DNA of 64,000 nt, from NCBI GenBank assembly GCA_013265495.1, contig MU058337.1, positions 2,324,686-2,388,685 of the forward strand, read 5' to 3'. The position numbers and the translations under genes were made by a program. This stretch comes from Vicugna vicugna (lineage: Eukaryota). Within the stretch, counting starts at the first letter, position 1, and every line of letters starts with the position of its first letter. Positions 50,925-62,856 of the stretch are shown piece after piece. The notes under the pieces were generated by a model, which worked only from the letters and a program-made list of their open reading frames with translations, was not told the origin of the DNA and did no database searches.

Positions 50925-52604
50925 CTTTTTGTAGTGACACATGAGGAATGAGGGAAAACGTAATATAAAAAGCACATGTTAGAGCCTTGCCAATGACTAA
51001 GGCATCCTTTGGCTTCATAAAGACACTGATTTTCATCCTATCATAACCTTTCATAGTAGCTTCATTCTGTGTAGCTTGAGAATTCCCATGAGAATAAAAT
51101 ACAACTGAAATTAGTGTAATGAGCTTAGGTTAGGGGAAGCAAGAGTCCCTGGATCTTGGATAAATACACATAGTTGAACAAATTTGCCAAAATGTACCCA
51201 CTGAGGATATCATTTTCCTTGCAAAAATATGATGCATTCCTTTATTTATTTGATTTTTTTTCTTAACCCCAGAGCCAGTAGGATAAACTTGAAAAAGAAA
51301 TTCTGCTAGACTTATGTTTTTAATATACTGCCTTAAATTCTAGCATTTCTTTCATGGAATTACCCCCAAGACTCACTTTTGATCTATTTGCTATGGAAGA
51401 AGAATAAGAAAGAGATCTTGTAATAAAATTTCCTCTCCTCTTTGTGATCTTCTTAGAAACAGGAGAGATGGTTTCTGAATTACCGAATATTCCACTGAGA
51501 ACTCAGCAGGTGGTTCTAAATGAAATTCACAAACTTCCAGGATGACCTTTTCCTTGGAAAATCTCAGGATATAATTTTACCAGGTAGATGGATTTCAAAA
51601 CGAAGCCGCTCTGCCAAGAGATAGAACAGAAACCACTGAACTCTAAAATCAAGAATAATACTTTCAATTAGCATATAGCATGTAACAGCGAGGAAGGAAG
51701 CTACCAGTATGCTTTGGGGTAGAGGTTAAATGTGTGTGCAGCTGAGGAAAATTCCTTACAGTTTCAAGGTCTGTAGCACTGGAAGTATGATCTTGCTATA
51801 AGTTTTGATAGATCTCAATTAATGAATAGTTGTTAATTTTATTATTCATATTGCTCTTTGAATTCTTACTTTTTGCTCATAGCTATCTTTAGAATCAGTG
51901 GACTCAGTTAAAACATCCACAGTACAGTATAGAACATCTATGGAATTTTCTGTTAGCAAGTTATATTGATTTAAAACTGAATCTCTTCCCATGAATTTTA
52001 GTTTTGGTCAATTCACAAAAATCACTTTAAAAATGACCACAATGATTAATTTTCAGCAAACGTTTAATGAAGTTTGTTTCTCACAGATATACTGACTAAA
52101 CCAAATTCTGTTGTGAAAGCCATAATCTTATCCTTGATCTAAAAATAAAAGTAATAAATCTAAGATCATAATTTATTTACTCTGGTGTGTTTATTACACA
52201 GGCATGTGGTGAATGATGCATAATGATCATTTATTATGTTGAAAACATAGAGATACAATGAACTCACAGAGAATGGAATGAATGTACTATTCTGGCTAAT
52301 TATATTTTGTGAATAACAAGCCAGTCATGTTTCCTTAATTTTGAACTTAGCTCTGCTATAAATGACTGAAGTCTTTGTTGTTATAGTTTCAAAATATTTA
52401 AAATAATCTGATGGCCTCTAGATTACACAGTAAAAATTATAGAACATTCCATTGTTAAAATTTATGTTAATATTACAAAACTTACCAAAAATTATAATGT
52501 TACAATGTTATTTTGGTGTTTGCCTCTTTTATGTAAAAATCAAGTGAAAACTCCAACCATGATCGCTTTTAATAGGAGAGGACTAAACACAGGCTAAACT
52601 TTAC

Positions 52605-52703
52605 CACTCATTTTACAGAATTTTCTTCTGGAATGTCAGAATGCCAGTGCTAAAATTTCTAAAAATTCCAAAATTTCTGGTTCTTGCACAGTCCTCTTGC
52701 CCA
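52605..52703 (-). pseudogene. Gene A exon (99 nt, phase 1-1) with one TGA stop
   Basis: gtatttttag|TG GGC...AGT G|gtaaag; VGKRTVQEPEILEFLEILALAF*HSRRKFCKMS; TGA at 52638-52636. Confidence 0.75.
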
Positions 52704-53289
52704 CTAAAAATACAGGGCAAACACTGCCATTCTAAAGCATAAATTATTTCTTTCACTCCCACTGAAGGGAGAATGAACATATCACCCCTAAAAATCAATA
52801 CATTAAGAACCAGTTCATTTCAAGTCCCAATTCTGCTTCTAATTAAGACCTGTTAGCTGTTTGGATTTTTTTTTTAATCCTGATATAGAAAATAAGGAGA
52901 TGATGATCCTGCTAGACGTAATATTCCATCTTTCTATGGGACAGAATTTTTGTACTCTACCCACCCTGACTTTTATTAGGCACCAACTGCATGCCAGTCA
53001 CTGGGCTGAGAGTTCTTCACACTGACAGTAACATTCACTGTTCAAAATTCTCATGAAAGGCAGATAGGAGTGGGAAAGAATGGCAGAGAAATGAGGGCTT
53101 TCTCCAAGATCACAGAGCTCAGTAAGTGAGGGGAAGGTTTTGAAGGTTTGAAGGAAGGTTGAGGGTTTGAAGACTCTGCTCTTTAGCACCAGGTCGGAAA
53201 GTCTCTGAGGACACACTTAACTCAGACCTCACTTTTCCCAGAAAGTGTACAGAGTTGCTTCGGGTAATTCACAAATCTCTCAGTCTTTC

Positions 53290-54245
53290 TAGAACAAACC
53301 TTTCAGAAAGGGCCAGATGTAAATATTTTCAGCTTTGCGGGCCATAAGTTCTTATGAAAGAAGACACAGACAACAGTGAACCAATGGGTGGGACTATGTT
53401 TCAATAAAACTTTACTTATGGACACTGTTTAGTGATGTATTATATGTATTTATTGATGGATACTTGTTTATGGATATCATATAAAATTAGAACTTCATAT
53501 AATGTTTACCTGTCATGAAATTCTATTCTTCATCTTTTTTTTTAATAGAAGTATAGTCAGTTACAATGTGTCAATTTCTGGTATACAGAGCAATATTCCC
53601 AGTCATGCAAATACATACATATCTTCTTTTCATATTCTTTTTCATTAAAGGCTATTACAAGATATTGAATATAGTTCCCTGTGCTCGACAGAAAAAGTTT
53701 GCTTTTTACCCATTTTCATATGTAGTTGTTAACCTTTGCAAATCTCAAACTCCCAAATTTATCCTTTCCCACCTCCTTTCCTCTGGTAGGCATAAAATTG
53801 TTTACTATGTCTGTGAATTTTTTTCTGTTTTGTAAATGAGCTCATTAGTGTCCTCTTTTTCCTTTCTTTCTTTTTTTTTTTAGATTCCACATGTGAGTTA
53901 TATCACATAGTATTTTTCTTCCTCTTTCTGGCTTACTTCACTTAGAATGATGATCTCCAGGTCCATCTGTGTTGCTACAAATGGCATTGTTTTATTATTT
54001 TTTACAGCTGAGTAGTATTCCATTGTATACATATACCACACTTCTTTATCCAGTCATCTGTTGAATGAGCATTTAAGTTGTTTCCATGTCTTGGCTATTG
54101 TATATAGTGTTGCATTCTATTCTTCCTTTGTTTGTTTTGGGTTTTTCCCCCCAACATCTTTAAAATGTAAAATCATTCTTATGTCCCAGGCCTTCCAAAA
54201 ATGAGTGGCGCCCATGGGCCATAGTTTACCAGCCTCTGTTCTAGA
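53290..54245. mobile_element. MER58-like hAT MITE split by an L1 insertion
   Basis: aaagggccagatgtaaatattttcagctttgcgggccata at the left; gggccatagtttaccagcctctg at the right. Confidence 0.75.
53532..54113 (-). mobile_element. 5'-truncated young L1 (about 580 bp) with 12-bp TSD
   Basis: TSD attctattcttc at 53520-53531 and 54114-54125; L1 3' motifs (ctggcttacttcacttagaatga, gctgagtagtattccattg). Confidence 0.9.
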
Positions 54246-54390
54246 GGGGGAAGCTTTTAAATCTAAATGTCTCCTGCCCCATTGAAGTTCTCTAACAACA
54301 ACAGGTGATGAGAGAATGCTTTAACCAAAATAACCTTACAAGGATGAAGACACGCATGGTTTACCAGATGCCCCCCAAAATGTTCCTTAC

Positions 54391-54442
54391 CTGTTAACTT
54401 CAGTCACTCTCACAACAGCCCTATGCCATGGACAGGATTTAC
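54391..54442 (-). pseudogene. Gene A exon (52 nt, phase 0-1) with two TGA stops
   Basis: tttctttgcccacttaag|GTA...CAG|gtaagg; VNPVHGIGLL*E*LKLT; TGA at 54412-54410 and 54406-54404. Confidence 0.75.
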
Positions 54443-55701
54443 CTTAAGTGGGCAAAGAAACAGGGACTTTATTTTAGTGGCACCCATAAAAGTGGCAGAA
54501 TCCAGATATTTCTCTCTAAATGTGAAAAATTTTTTATTCTTCTATACTGAAAGAGTAAGGAAAAAAGCAAGTCACTTTCACATTTCAGGAGGGTGGGTTT
54601 ATAACCCACCCAGCACCTCTACTGGGGAGTGCTGGTGTTCTAGGGATATTTGGAAGTCACTCTGGTGTCTAAGGAATGAGCAAAAAAAAAAAAAAAAATT
54701 GTGCAGGTGCTACCTGTGTTCTAATTAGTCGATGCCTTGCTCTGCCTCCAACATTGGGTTTTAATGGCTTCATATTTCAAACACAAACAATAGCATAGAA
54801 GCAAAATATATAGCCATGAGGTGTTTGATTATTGCAGCCATTTTTCTTTAAGTCTCAAATACATCTTAAACTGATAGCTACTTGGCTTAATTTTGTGAGA
54901 AGAATGGAGACAGATGGCCAATGAGCCTCATGGACACACTCTATATATTTAACTGCATTGTGCTAAACAGATACTCCTTGGAGTGAAAACTGTCTGACCT
55001 TCCTGGATAGAACAGTTTGGTTTTTACAAGAAAATGAGATATGCTTCTTGTTTTTACAACTTTTCCTTTAGGACTAAATGGTGAAATTATAGCTTATCTG
55101 CCACCAACTGGACAAAAATTCCAACTGGGTTTATAGCTTTACATTTGTTTTATTTAACACTTGACCCTAGAAAACCTTGTAAAGTGTCTTCAAGTGTCTA
55201 CAGAATCTAGAAACATTGAGCAAATATATCACTCTTTTCCCATACTGCAGGGGAGAGGCCATTTTTCCCTGCCAAAATTTTCAAAGTTTGGTGCTTCAAA
55301 TAATTGAAGTGAATGAACATTTAGACTTTAATATTTCATCTCATCCGTTTTCTAAATTCAGGGTACTAAATGCTCACCCCTGCCAATGTCATTTAAACAC
55401 AAAGTTTATATACTGCATGTTATTATGGATTTAATAGCAGAGGGAAAAACTCGTGAAAAATACTATCAATGTACTTAATTTACACCCCTTCCAACATTCT
55501 GTATGTCTTTCAAAAGAGATATACACACACACACACACCCCCTCTCCTGCCACTCAAAAGATGCGGTGATGAAAATACAGTTTGCTTTGCTAAGTAACTT
55601 CCTCATAAAGCCAATCACCCTGCATTAGAAACGACTTAAAACACAGGCAGATTACACTGAGGCGTTATTGTTCCTATTGCACGTCGTTTGTGTTCTCGGT
55701 A

Positions 55702-56180
55702 CAGAGTGTCCTCAACCTAGTATGATTCAGCTTCCCTTTTGACTTTATGATGGTGCACAAGTGATACGCACACAGGGGAAACTGTACTTCAGATTGTAAA
55801 TTTTGACCTTTTCTGAGGCTAGTGGTATGTGGGCCCATGCTCTCTCGTGATGCCGGGCAGAGGCGGTGAGCCCCAGCTCCCAGTCAGCAGCCACAGACAC
55901 ACTTACAACCTCTCTGTATCCAGACAGCCATTGTTTTTCACTGCCAGTACAGTATTCAACAAATTATGTGAGATGTTCAACACTTTATCATAACACAGGC
56001 TTTAGTTGGATGATTTTGTCCAACTGTAGGCTAAGGTAAGTGTTCTGAGCACCTCTGAGGTAGGCGAGGCTAAGCCATGATGTTAGGTTAGATGTAACAA
56101 GTGTGTTTTCAACTTAGGATATTTTTAACTTATGCTGACTTTATTGGGATGTAACCCCATCATCAGCTGAGGAAGATCTG
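55702..56180. mobile_element. TcMar-Tigger MITE (MER47/Tigger5-like)
   Basis: TA-flanked; terminal inverted repeats cagagtgtcctcaacct / agctgaggaagatctg; gggatgtaaccccatc motif. Confidence 0.75.
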
Positions 56181-56663
56181 TATGATATCAGATAAAGACT
56201 GTAAGTATCAGAAATGTCTTACTGAGAAGACAAGCTCTGATATCTCTGTGAAGGAGTAAGTGATTGTAATCTCCTGTGGCACGAAAGTGTTTGAATTAGT
56301 TTAGCCAAGACAGATAAATATACTGAAATAAAAGATTAACACTCGGCACAATCCTTTGCCTAGAACTTATCACATTGTATTGAAATAATCTTTATCCAAG
56401 TTTTTTTTTTAAACCTTTAGACACTGCTGCCATAAGGATTCCTTCCATCGTATGCCCCTGTGCTTTTAAGCCTTAACCAAGCACTGACAAATGATTAGTG
56501 CTCAATAAATATTGTATTTGTTTCAACTACTAGAAGAAAGCAGTCACAATTAAAAATAGATATGTAACACTTATGGGGTTTTCCAAATTATCTGACTCAC
56601 ACACGAAACACACAGAGAGAAGGAAGGAGGGAGGGAAGGATCTCCCAGGAACATCAAACTTAC

Positions 56664-56730
56664 GGATAGATCGAGGGTGATAAAAATACATTGACTGACT
56701 TGTCCTGACTTGTTTAGTTCTGCCCGTTCT
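56664..56730 (-). pseudogene. Gene A exon (67 nt, phase 2-0), acceptor apparently mutated AG>CG
   Basis: ttcttccttcacccccg|A GAA CGG...TCC|gtaagt; ERAELNKSGQVSQCIFITLDLS; bridges the phase-2 end of the previous exon to the phase-0 start of the next. Confidence 0.65.
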
Positions 56731-57300
56731 CGGGGGTGAAGGAAGAAGAGACCTGACATTTATTTAGTGTCTCTTGTGCGAAATACACAGGGCAGGGGCA
56801 TTTTCATTCTTTATCCCTAATAGTACCTACAGGTTTAGGAAAGCATTAAAAGCAAGCTACAGGTAATGACTTATGTATATTTATACAAATACTTACCACA
56901 GCATTTTGAAATATGTGACTATGTGGAGAGGGAAATCACAGCAATTTGAAATGACCTACCATAGGACAGTGATAAAAATTGTTTCCTGTTTCTTAACTTT
57001 CCATAGTATTTTTTTCAGATTTAGCATCTCATGCAAGTTATATGTCATTTTTGTGACAAAGTACACAATTAAATTTAATTGATAAAGATGAAACTACAAT
57101 CTGATACTTAAACTACTGTTAGTTATCTGGTATCAACAATTTTATGAGGAATTAAAATATGGGTTGACAGCCAAGGATAAATTTTGTCCTATCTTAATTG
57201 TTTGTCACAATTTTACAAAGAGGAGCATTTCGGGAAAAACATAAAGGCCAAAGAAAATGAGAAATTGTTGACTGGTTCCCTGGATTGCAATTCTTCTTAC

Positions 57301-57445
57301 ATTTCTTTAAAATTGCCCTTGAAAAGTTCAGAAGAGCCTTCAAACTTATTTCTCATCATCATTTTCAAAGTTTCTTCCAAAAATTGGTCTAATATGATGC
57401 TTTTTTGTGTGGCGTTATTGTCTGGTGGTGGAGACAATGCTGTCA
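57301..57445 (-). pseudogene. Gene A exon (145 nt, phase 1-2)
   Basis: Open frame TALSPPPDNNATQKSIILDQFLEETLKMMMRNKFEGSSELFKGNFKE, donor AT|gtaaga. Confidence 0.75.
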
Positions 57446-58135
57446 CTCCCAAAATAGAGTAAAGACACATCTTGTTTTGTCATGTGACCACGTGTCTCAA
57501 GAATCACTTGATACATTTCTGCTCACGTGGGACTTAACACATTTATGTTTCCTTATTATCCAACTTCTAATAGTTATTAAAATAAAACAGTATAATATAC
57601 TGCTTGGAGCCAGCCTCCACATTATCTCAAACTGGCATAAAAAGTTACTCTTTCGAAGACTATGTAGTCACAAAAATACTCATTAAAACTTAAAAGATTA
57701 AAAATAGAAATATGACTTTTGCTGTTTAAGCTGATGGCTGTTCGTTTTTATTTTTTAAATCCTAAGAGCAGGTTTTAATTTACAACCATATTTTTTACAA
57801 GTTTATAATTGAAGAGTTTACTTTAAAGAAAATAAAATGAATAATTGTTGCATGACTGTTCATCAGAAGTGGAAAGGCCTTGATTCAACAGTGCCTGCCA
57901 AGTTGTGAGTCTCAAATTCTACTTAGAGAAATATTGCTTATTTGGGCAGTTTTCACCGTGCCTTACCTACAGTGTATGTGCTGCTGGTTTCATTTCTGAG
58001 CATTTAAATTCATAGATTCCTACCATGTGACTGCATTCTGCAGTATCATGAGTGTGTTCATAATGATTTCACTTGAATCTATTCACAGATTATATACACG
58101 CTCAATGAAAATGCTACAGTTTTAATATCCATTAC

Positions 58136-58253
58136 ATGAAAATCTCAAATTATCATTGATTATTCTGGTCAACTGTTGAGAGAGAGTCCTCACTCTTAAT
58201 ATCAATTTCCACATTCTGTCCATCATAACAGCAGCAGCTGCATAGACACCAGT
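58136..58253 (-). pseudogene. Gene A tentative exon (118 nt)
   Basis: ggcag|ACT...CAT|gtaatg; open phase-0 frame TGVYAAAAVMMDRMWKLILRVRTLSQQLTRIINDNLRFS ends in phase 1, matching the next exon. Confidence 0.5.
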
Positions 58254-58895
58254 CTGCCATATTATTATACATAAACCATCTTATGTAAGCCAGGCGGTAA
58301 ACCTGTGCTGGACTTCTGACTGTCCCTAGTTTATAAATGAGAGATGTGAGATTTAGGAAGGTTAAGCCCTTTATTTAAGACTTTTTAACTAATAAGTGAC
58401 CAAGACAGAAATTCAGTTCTGTGTACAAAATCCAATACAATTTTTCTGTATATTTAATCTCAGCCAAAATGAATAGAAGATTTTCTGAATAGACTAGAAT
58501 CTATGTAAAGTTCGACTTTAAGGAAACTGATCTGTTTTTGTTTTTTTAAATCCTTAGTTAGTAACCCAGGATTACTTAATTTTGGAGGAGAAACATTATT
58601 TTCTCAATGTATTCCACAAATGATACAAAATTTTACTTAGGAATATTATAACAAGACAGTATGAGAAATCATATCAATGATTTTGAAATAATCATATCAA
58701 TATAGTATTATTATATATTAGATTCCACAAAAGAAGCTGTAGAAACACATACTAGGTTTATCAGTTATATTCACAGAGGCCGTGGCTATCATTCTATTAT
58801 AACATTTCACATTAATGTCCACCAGTAACATGTGAATACACATAAATGTACAGAAAACCAAAACAGACACCTCACTCACAAATCTTGCTGAGGTG

Positions 58896-59250
58896 TGTGA
58901 AAATTAATAAAGAGAAACCACAATTAAAATAGAGTCCGGAGGTCTCATGCCCTGCAGCAAAAGCGGAGCACAACAGGAAGAAGAAAGACTTCCAACTTGT
59001 TCTTGGCAAAAGCTCAGCCAATGAGAGACTGTCACAACACGGCCAATGAAAAGCCACTATACTTCGAACACTCAGTTCCTCCAATGGACTCTTTGTTTTC
59101 TCCCGCCCTCCCAACTTCCTTTCCCTCTGTTTGAAAGACTTTTCCTTGCCTTGCCGTGTGGGGACTTGCATTTAGCTTGCTGTGGTTCTAGACCCCAAAT
59201 TGCAGTTCTTTGTTGATCTTAAATAAATTTTTTTTCTGGAAAAAAAAAGA
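58896..59250 (+). mobile_element. ERV-type LTR fragment
   Basis: tgtgaaaattaataaa start, CCAAT boxes (agccaatgag, ggccaatg), gaccccaaattgcagttct..aataaa end. Confidence 0.6.
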
Positions 59251-59573
59251 TACAAGCTCTGGCTAAAGTACAAGGGCTTTGGAATAAGTGTAAAAGTTTA
59301 TTCTGACAGTGACATTTTGGCTGAGGCGTCTCCTCCTTTGAGGTCTTTAAATATAGGCCAACCCTCCCCCTGGTGATTATGGAAGATTTATGTTTTTTAC
59401 TTCATGATGGAAAATTAACTATTTTCAATATTATACACATAAGCTTCCCTAAAGAACTACAAAAATGACTGTGCAAACACACAATGTGTTTGACTACAAA
59501 GAATAATTTATGATGGTCTCATAATCAATTTATAAATATTGAAATATATTCATAAACACCGTTTCCATCTTAT

Positions 59574-59697
59574 GTCGAGTCAAAAAGCAGGAATGGATGG
59601 GGAGTTGTCTGCTGAGGCATCCCCTGGATCCTGGTTTTTCTGTCCACTCCCAAGAATCAGCTGAAATTTGGAAATTTCCTTCCCAGATCCAGATAGT
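59574..59697 (-). pseudogene. Gene A tentative exon (124 nt) with decayed donor
   Basis: aaaag|ACT...GAC|ataaga (donor would be gtaaga after reversing a CpG G>A); fits cumulative phase. Confidence 0.4.
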
Positions 59698-60043
59698 CTT
59701 TTTATTAGAATCACATGGTTATTAGTTTTTATTTTCCAGATGGAAAACATGAAGGCCAAAGGAGTATTTGTGGGGAAACTGGGTTCCAGGACCCTTGTGC
59801 TGTGGCCTTTTCACTTCTGAAGTCTTTGGTCCACTCCTGTTGCAGACTAACACATTCTTCATTCACTCACCTAATCTACATTCTTTTATTCCTTTGAAGA
59901 TTTTCAATACCTAATTTAAAAGCCAGCCAGAATGAGCAGAAGCATTAAAGGAAGAAAAAAAAAGGGAATATGTTCTTTACAGGTAACTTCTTCCTGTGCC
60001 CATCAATGAAAGGCACTTGGTCAATAAACGAATTTCTCATAAC

Positions 60044-60157
60044 CCTCCCCCTTTCTCTCCACAATGTAAACAGGTGCATGTGAAACATGGTTGAAAGGGA
60101 CTGTACTCCGTATCAGCACATGCCAAGGACACCAGGAAAGCCATGACACTCATTCCC
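60044..60157 (-). pseudogene. Gene A tentative exon (114 nt), frame uncertain
   Basis: ttgagtag|GGG...AGG|gttatg; length is a multiple of 3 and preserves the phase chain; weak splice sites. Confidence 0.4.
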
Positions 60158-61924
60158 CTACTCAACGTAGTTTTAATAAAGAACATAACTAGACTCATTG
60201 TAGTGATCAGATGACATATCATAAAATATTAGACAAGTAAAGAATGTCAACTTTTATGTAACTAAGTTTCAGAAAGGCGTGGCGAATTGTCTAGCATTCC
60301 ACACCAAAACTGTGTATAATGAAATCCAAATTCTTGAAATGGTTCTTAGAGCATCCTATAACCTTCTGTTAAGCTACCCCCAGTTTTATTATCACTATAT
60401 CATCTGTGTGGTCTGCGTTGTGATTTTACCTCACAGCCAGATTTAAACTTATCTTCTGCTTTGCTGTTCTTACCAAATGTTTGTCATTATTTGTACCTCT
60501 GTCATCACAAAGCCTGTGCCTTCTGTTGGAGTTGTTTGTGTGTGTGTTCTTCTGCAACCCTCTTGAGACTGTGAGCTCCTGAGGGAGGACTTCATTCGTT
60601 CAAGCTTTCTTTAACGTCGAGTGGGATGCTGTGAACAAAGGAAGAGTTTAGTGATTCCTGTTTACTAAATAAAATGTTTCTGTTAATTAAAGTTTATCTG
60701 TGTGTGTGACATGCTAACATTATACCAGTCTCGTAGAAAGAGTTATATGTGGTACGTTTTTAATCTTAAGACTATTAGGACATAAAATAATTGGAACAAA
60801 ATAATAGACAAACATAGAGGTACAATAAAGACACTAACAGAAAAATGGCCAGGTCGACTTAGGTGGACAAAAATAATTCTGTAGAACAGATAAATTGAAT
60901 CTCCAAGGATAAATGCAGATACAATCCTTGCAGCTAAGAAGGTGTTTTCCAGGACAAAGAGGCAATAGCAGGGTGAACAAATATATAATGCATGAAAGAT
61001 GTGGAGCATCCAGTTCAAGAAAGAAGACTAAGATATTAGGTTAGAGAAATGATCACTGGTCTGAGAGGAAGATTATGTGTCTGTTTATATATCTAGAGAG
61101 AGAAAATTTTAGTTTTTTTTTTTTAGGTAATAGAGACCCTTTGGAAAGCTTTCAGGTAAAGAGTTATATGATTCGCTATACATTTTAGAAAACTCATTTT
61201 GACATCCTATGCAGAGTGGATCAAATGTGGAAGCTGATAAGCCAAAGAGCTTGAACTAATTTTGGTAACAGCAGTAAATTTTTAAGAAGAGAATAAGTAC
61301 AAGAGACAGTCATATGTTTATTAAACAGAATCCCAAGCATGTGGTAACTGATGACAAGGGGGAGGATGAGGGGGGCCATCCAGGTTGACTCCAAGTTTTC
61401 ATGGGAAGAGAAGAATGAATATTTCATCCTTTGCTAAGGTTAAGGATGGCAGGAAAAAAACAAACTCGAGAGAACATGAAGGGGGAGAAAGGAGAGAAGA
61501 AGGGAGGGCACCAGACAGAAGACAAGGGGAGGGTGAGGGGAAGGAAGCGGGAGAAGAGAACCTTTGTGTTTTCCAATTTTCAGTGTGGGCAGAAGAAGTA
61601 ATCTGCGAAAAGAGACAACGCAGGGTCAGAAGGAAAGAGAGATGTTTGGCATCAGGAGATCTAATATTCCTGAAATCAAGTGTGATGAGCAGAGCTAGAA
61701 TCACTAAGTGGGCGTCCAAGTGAGGTTCAAGAACAGGAAAAGCCATGTAATGTGACAGGCGTCCTAGGCGTGGCTGTGGGGTGCTGTTGGGGCAGGAGCG
61801 GAAGGAATCCTGGGGTGCCCAAGACACTTTCTCAGTGCATGGCGTGGTTACATGACTGCACATGTGCATTTTAGGCTTTAATTTTAAAAATGTTTAAAAT
61901 ATTATATGAAATAAAAGTTACACC

Positions 61925-62035
61925 TATAAAACAAAAGAAATGTGAAGTGACCTTCACAGGTCACATGGGTACAAAGTCGGACGCAGGATTCAAACCCAAG
62001 TCTGTTGGACTCTCATGCATTCGCTAGTAACCACT
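61925..62035 (-). mobile_element. MIR SINE fragment
   Basis: gaagtgaccttcacaggtcaca..gcaggattcaaacccaagtctgt..taaccact. Confidence 0.65.
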
Positions 62036-62641
62036 AAGCTAGTCGGCTTGCCGTTCACTGCAATGGCAAGTGGCCTTACTCTCTCTACCCCCTTTTCTTA
62101 TCTTGAATGCACCTACTTAGTCTACTAACCAACAGATTGAATTATTTCCACTTACAAATTTTGCTTAAATACTGTAAGTTTGGTCAGAAATACTATTCAA
62201 GGGATTCTGTAGATACTCCATATAGATTTGCTGAAATCTAAAGGTATTCATAAATCAGAATTTAAAACAAATATAGTTTCAATAATGATACATGAAAATG
62301 AAAATATTATTTCATCTTAATCATATCTTGAACTAAAGAACTTAAGATTAAAAAAAAACTTGAATATCATAGAACAGAAAGAAATACTTAAAGAAAGTAA
62401 ATTTCATATAGGGATGGGTAAGTCTCTTAATTTTCATAAAATCTCTTTAACTTTTAAACTTACAATATGGAGCCCTTCTCCCATTTAGTTTAGTATCTTT
62501 TGTTCAATGATTATCCATATTTTAATATGAATAATGTGTTTTTTACCTTTACAGAAGCATTGTGAGTTAGGCAAGGGAGATATTTTGACATCTGTTTGAC
62601 GTATGAATTACTTGTGGATTGCCAGATACTACATGTTTTAC

Positions 62642-62856
62642 CCGAGCATAGATCCAGGTGGCCCAAATAGATACTTAAACGAAGAACAGATGAAATGACC
62701 GTCTGATGTAAGGATTTGCTTCTTGGCAGACTGGTTTCTCACTGTGAGCAAACGTATTTGCATCATGGCATCAACATCGTTCTTCTGTGAGCTTCTTGGT
62801 GTGTGTCCACTGAGAAGCTGGCATCGGGGTCGTCCACAATGCCTAGCGTTTTTAAT
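62642..62856 (-). pseudogene. Gene A exon (215 nt)
   Basis: ttttccag|ATT...CGG|gtaaaa; open frame IKNARH...DVDAMMQIRLLTVRNQSAKKQILTSDGHFICSSFKYLFGPPGSML. The 5' part may belong to the alternate frame LKTLGIVDDPDASFSVDTHQEA (possible frameshift). Confidence 0.65.

Larger units (their letters stand above)
43474..62856 (-). pseudogene. Gene A: multi-exon unprocessed pseudogene (12 candidate exons visible, 5' end probably beyond window) of an unidentified alpha-helical, possibly ARM/HEAT-like protein
   Basis: Chain of polypyrimidine-AG/GT-bounded exons with mutually compatible phases: 62856-62642, 60157-60044, 59697-59574, 58253-58136, 57445-57301, 56730-56664, 54442-54391, 52703-52605, 50924-50778, 50696-50528, 48498-48421, 43800-43598 (TAG). 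AATAAA at 43479-43474. In-frame stops and frameshifts in several exons. Confidence 0.8.

Noticed and set aside
54391..54442. Tudor-like reading KSCPWHRAVVRVTEVN in the stop-free frame
   Set aside because: That frame is phase-incompatible with both neighbouring exons; the TGA-containing frame fits both junctions.
61385..61869. 112-aa and 156-aa overlapping ORFs
   Set aside because: Purine-rich low-complexity and L2-derived sequence; the compositional bias explains the lack of stops.
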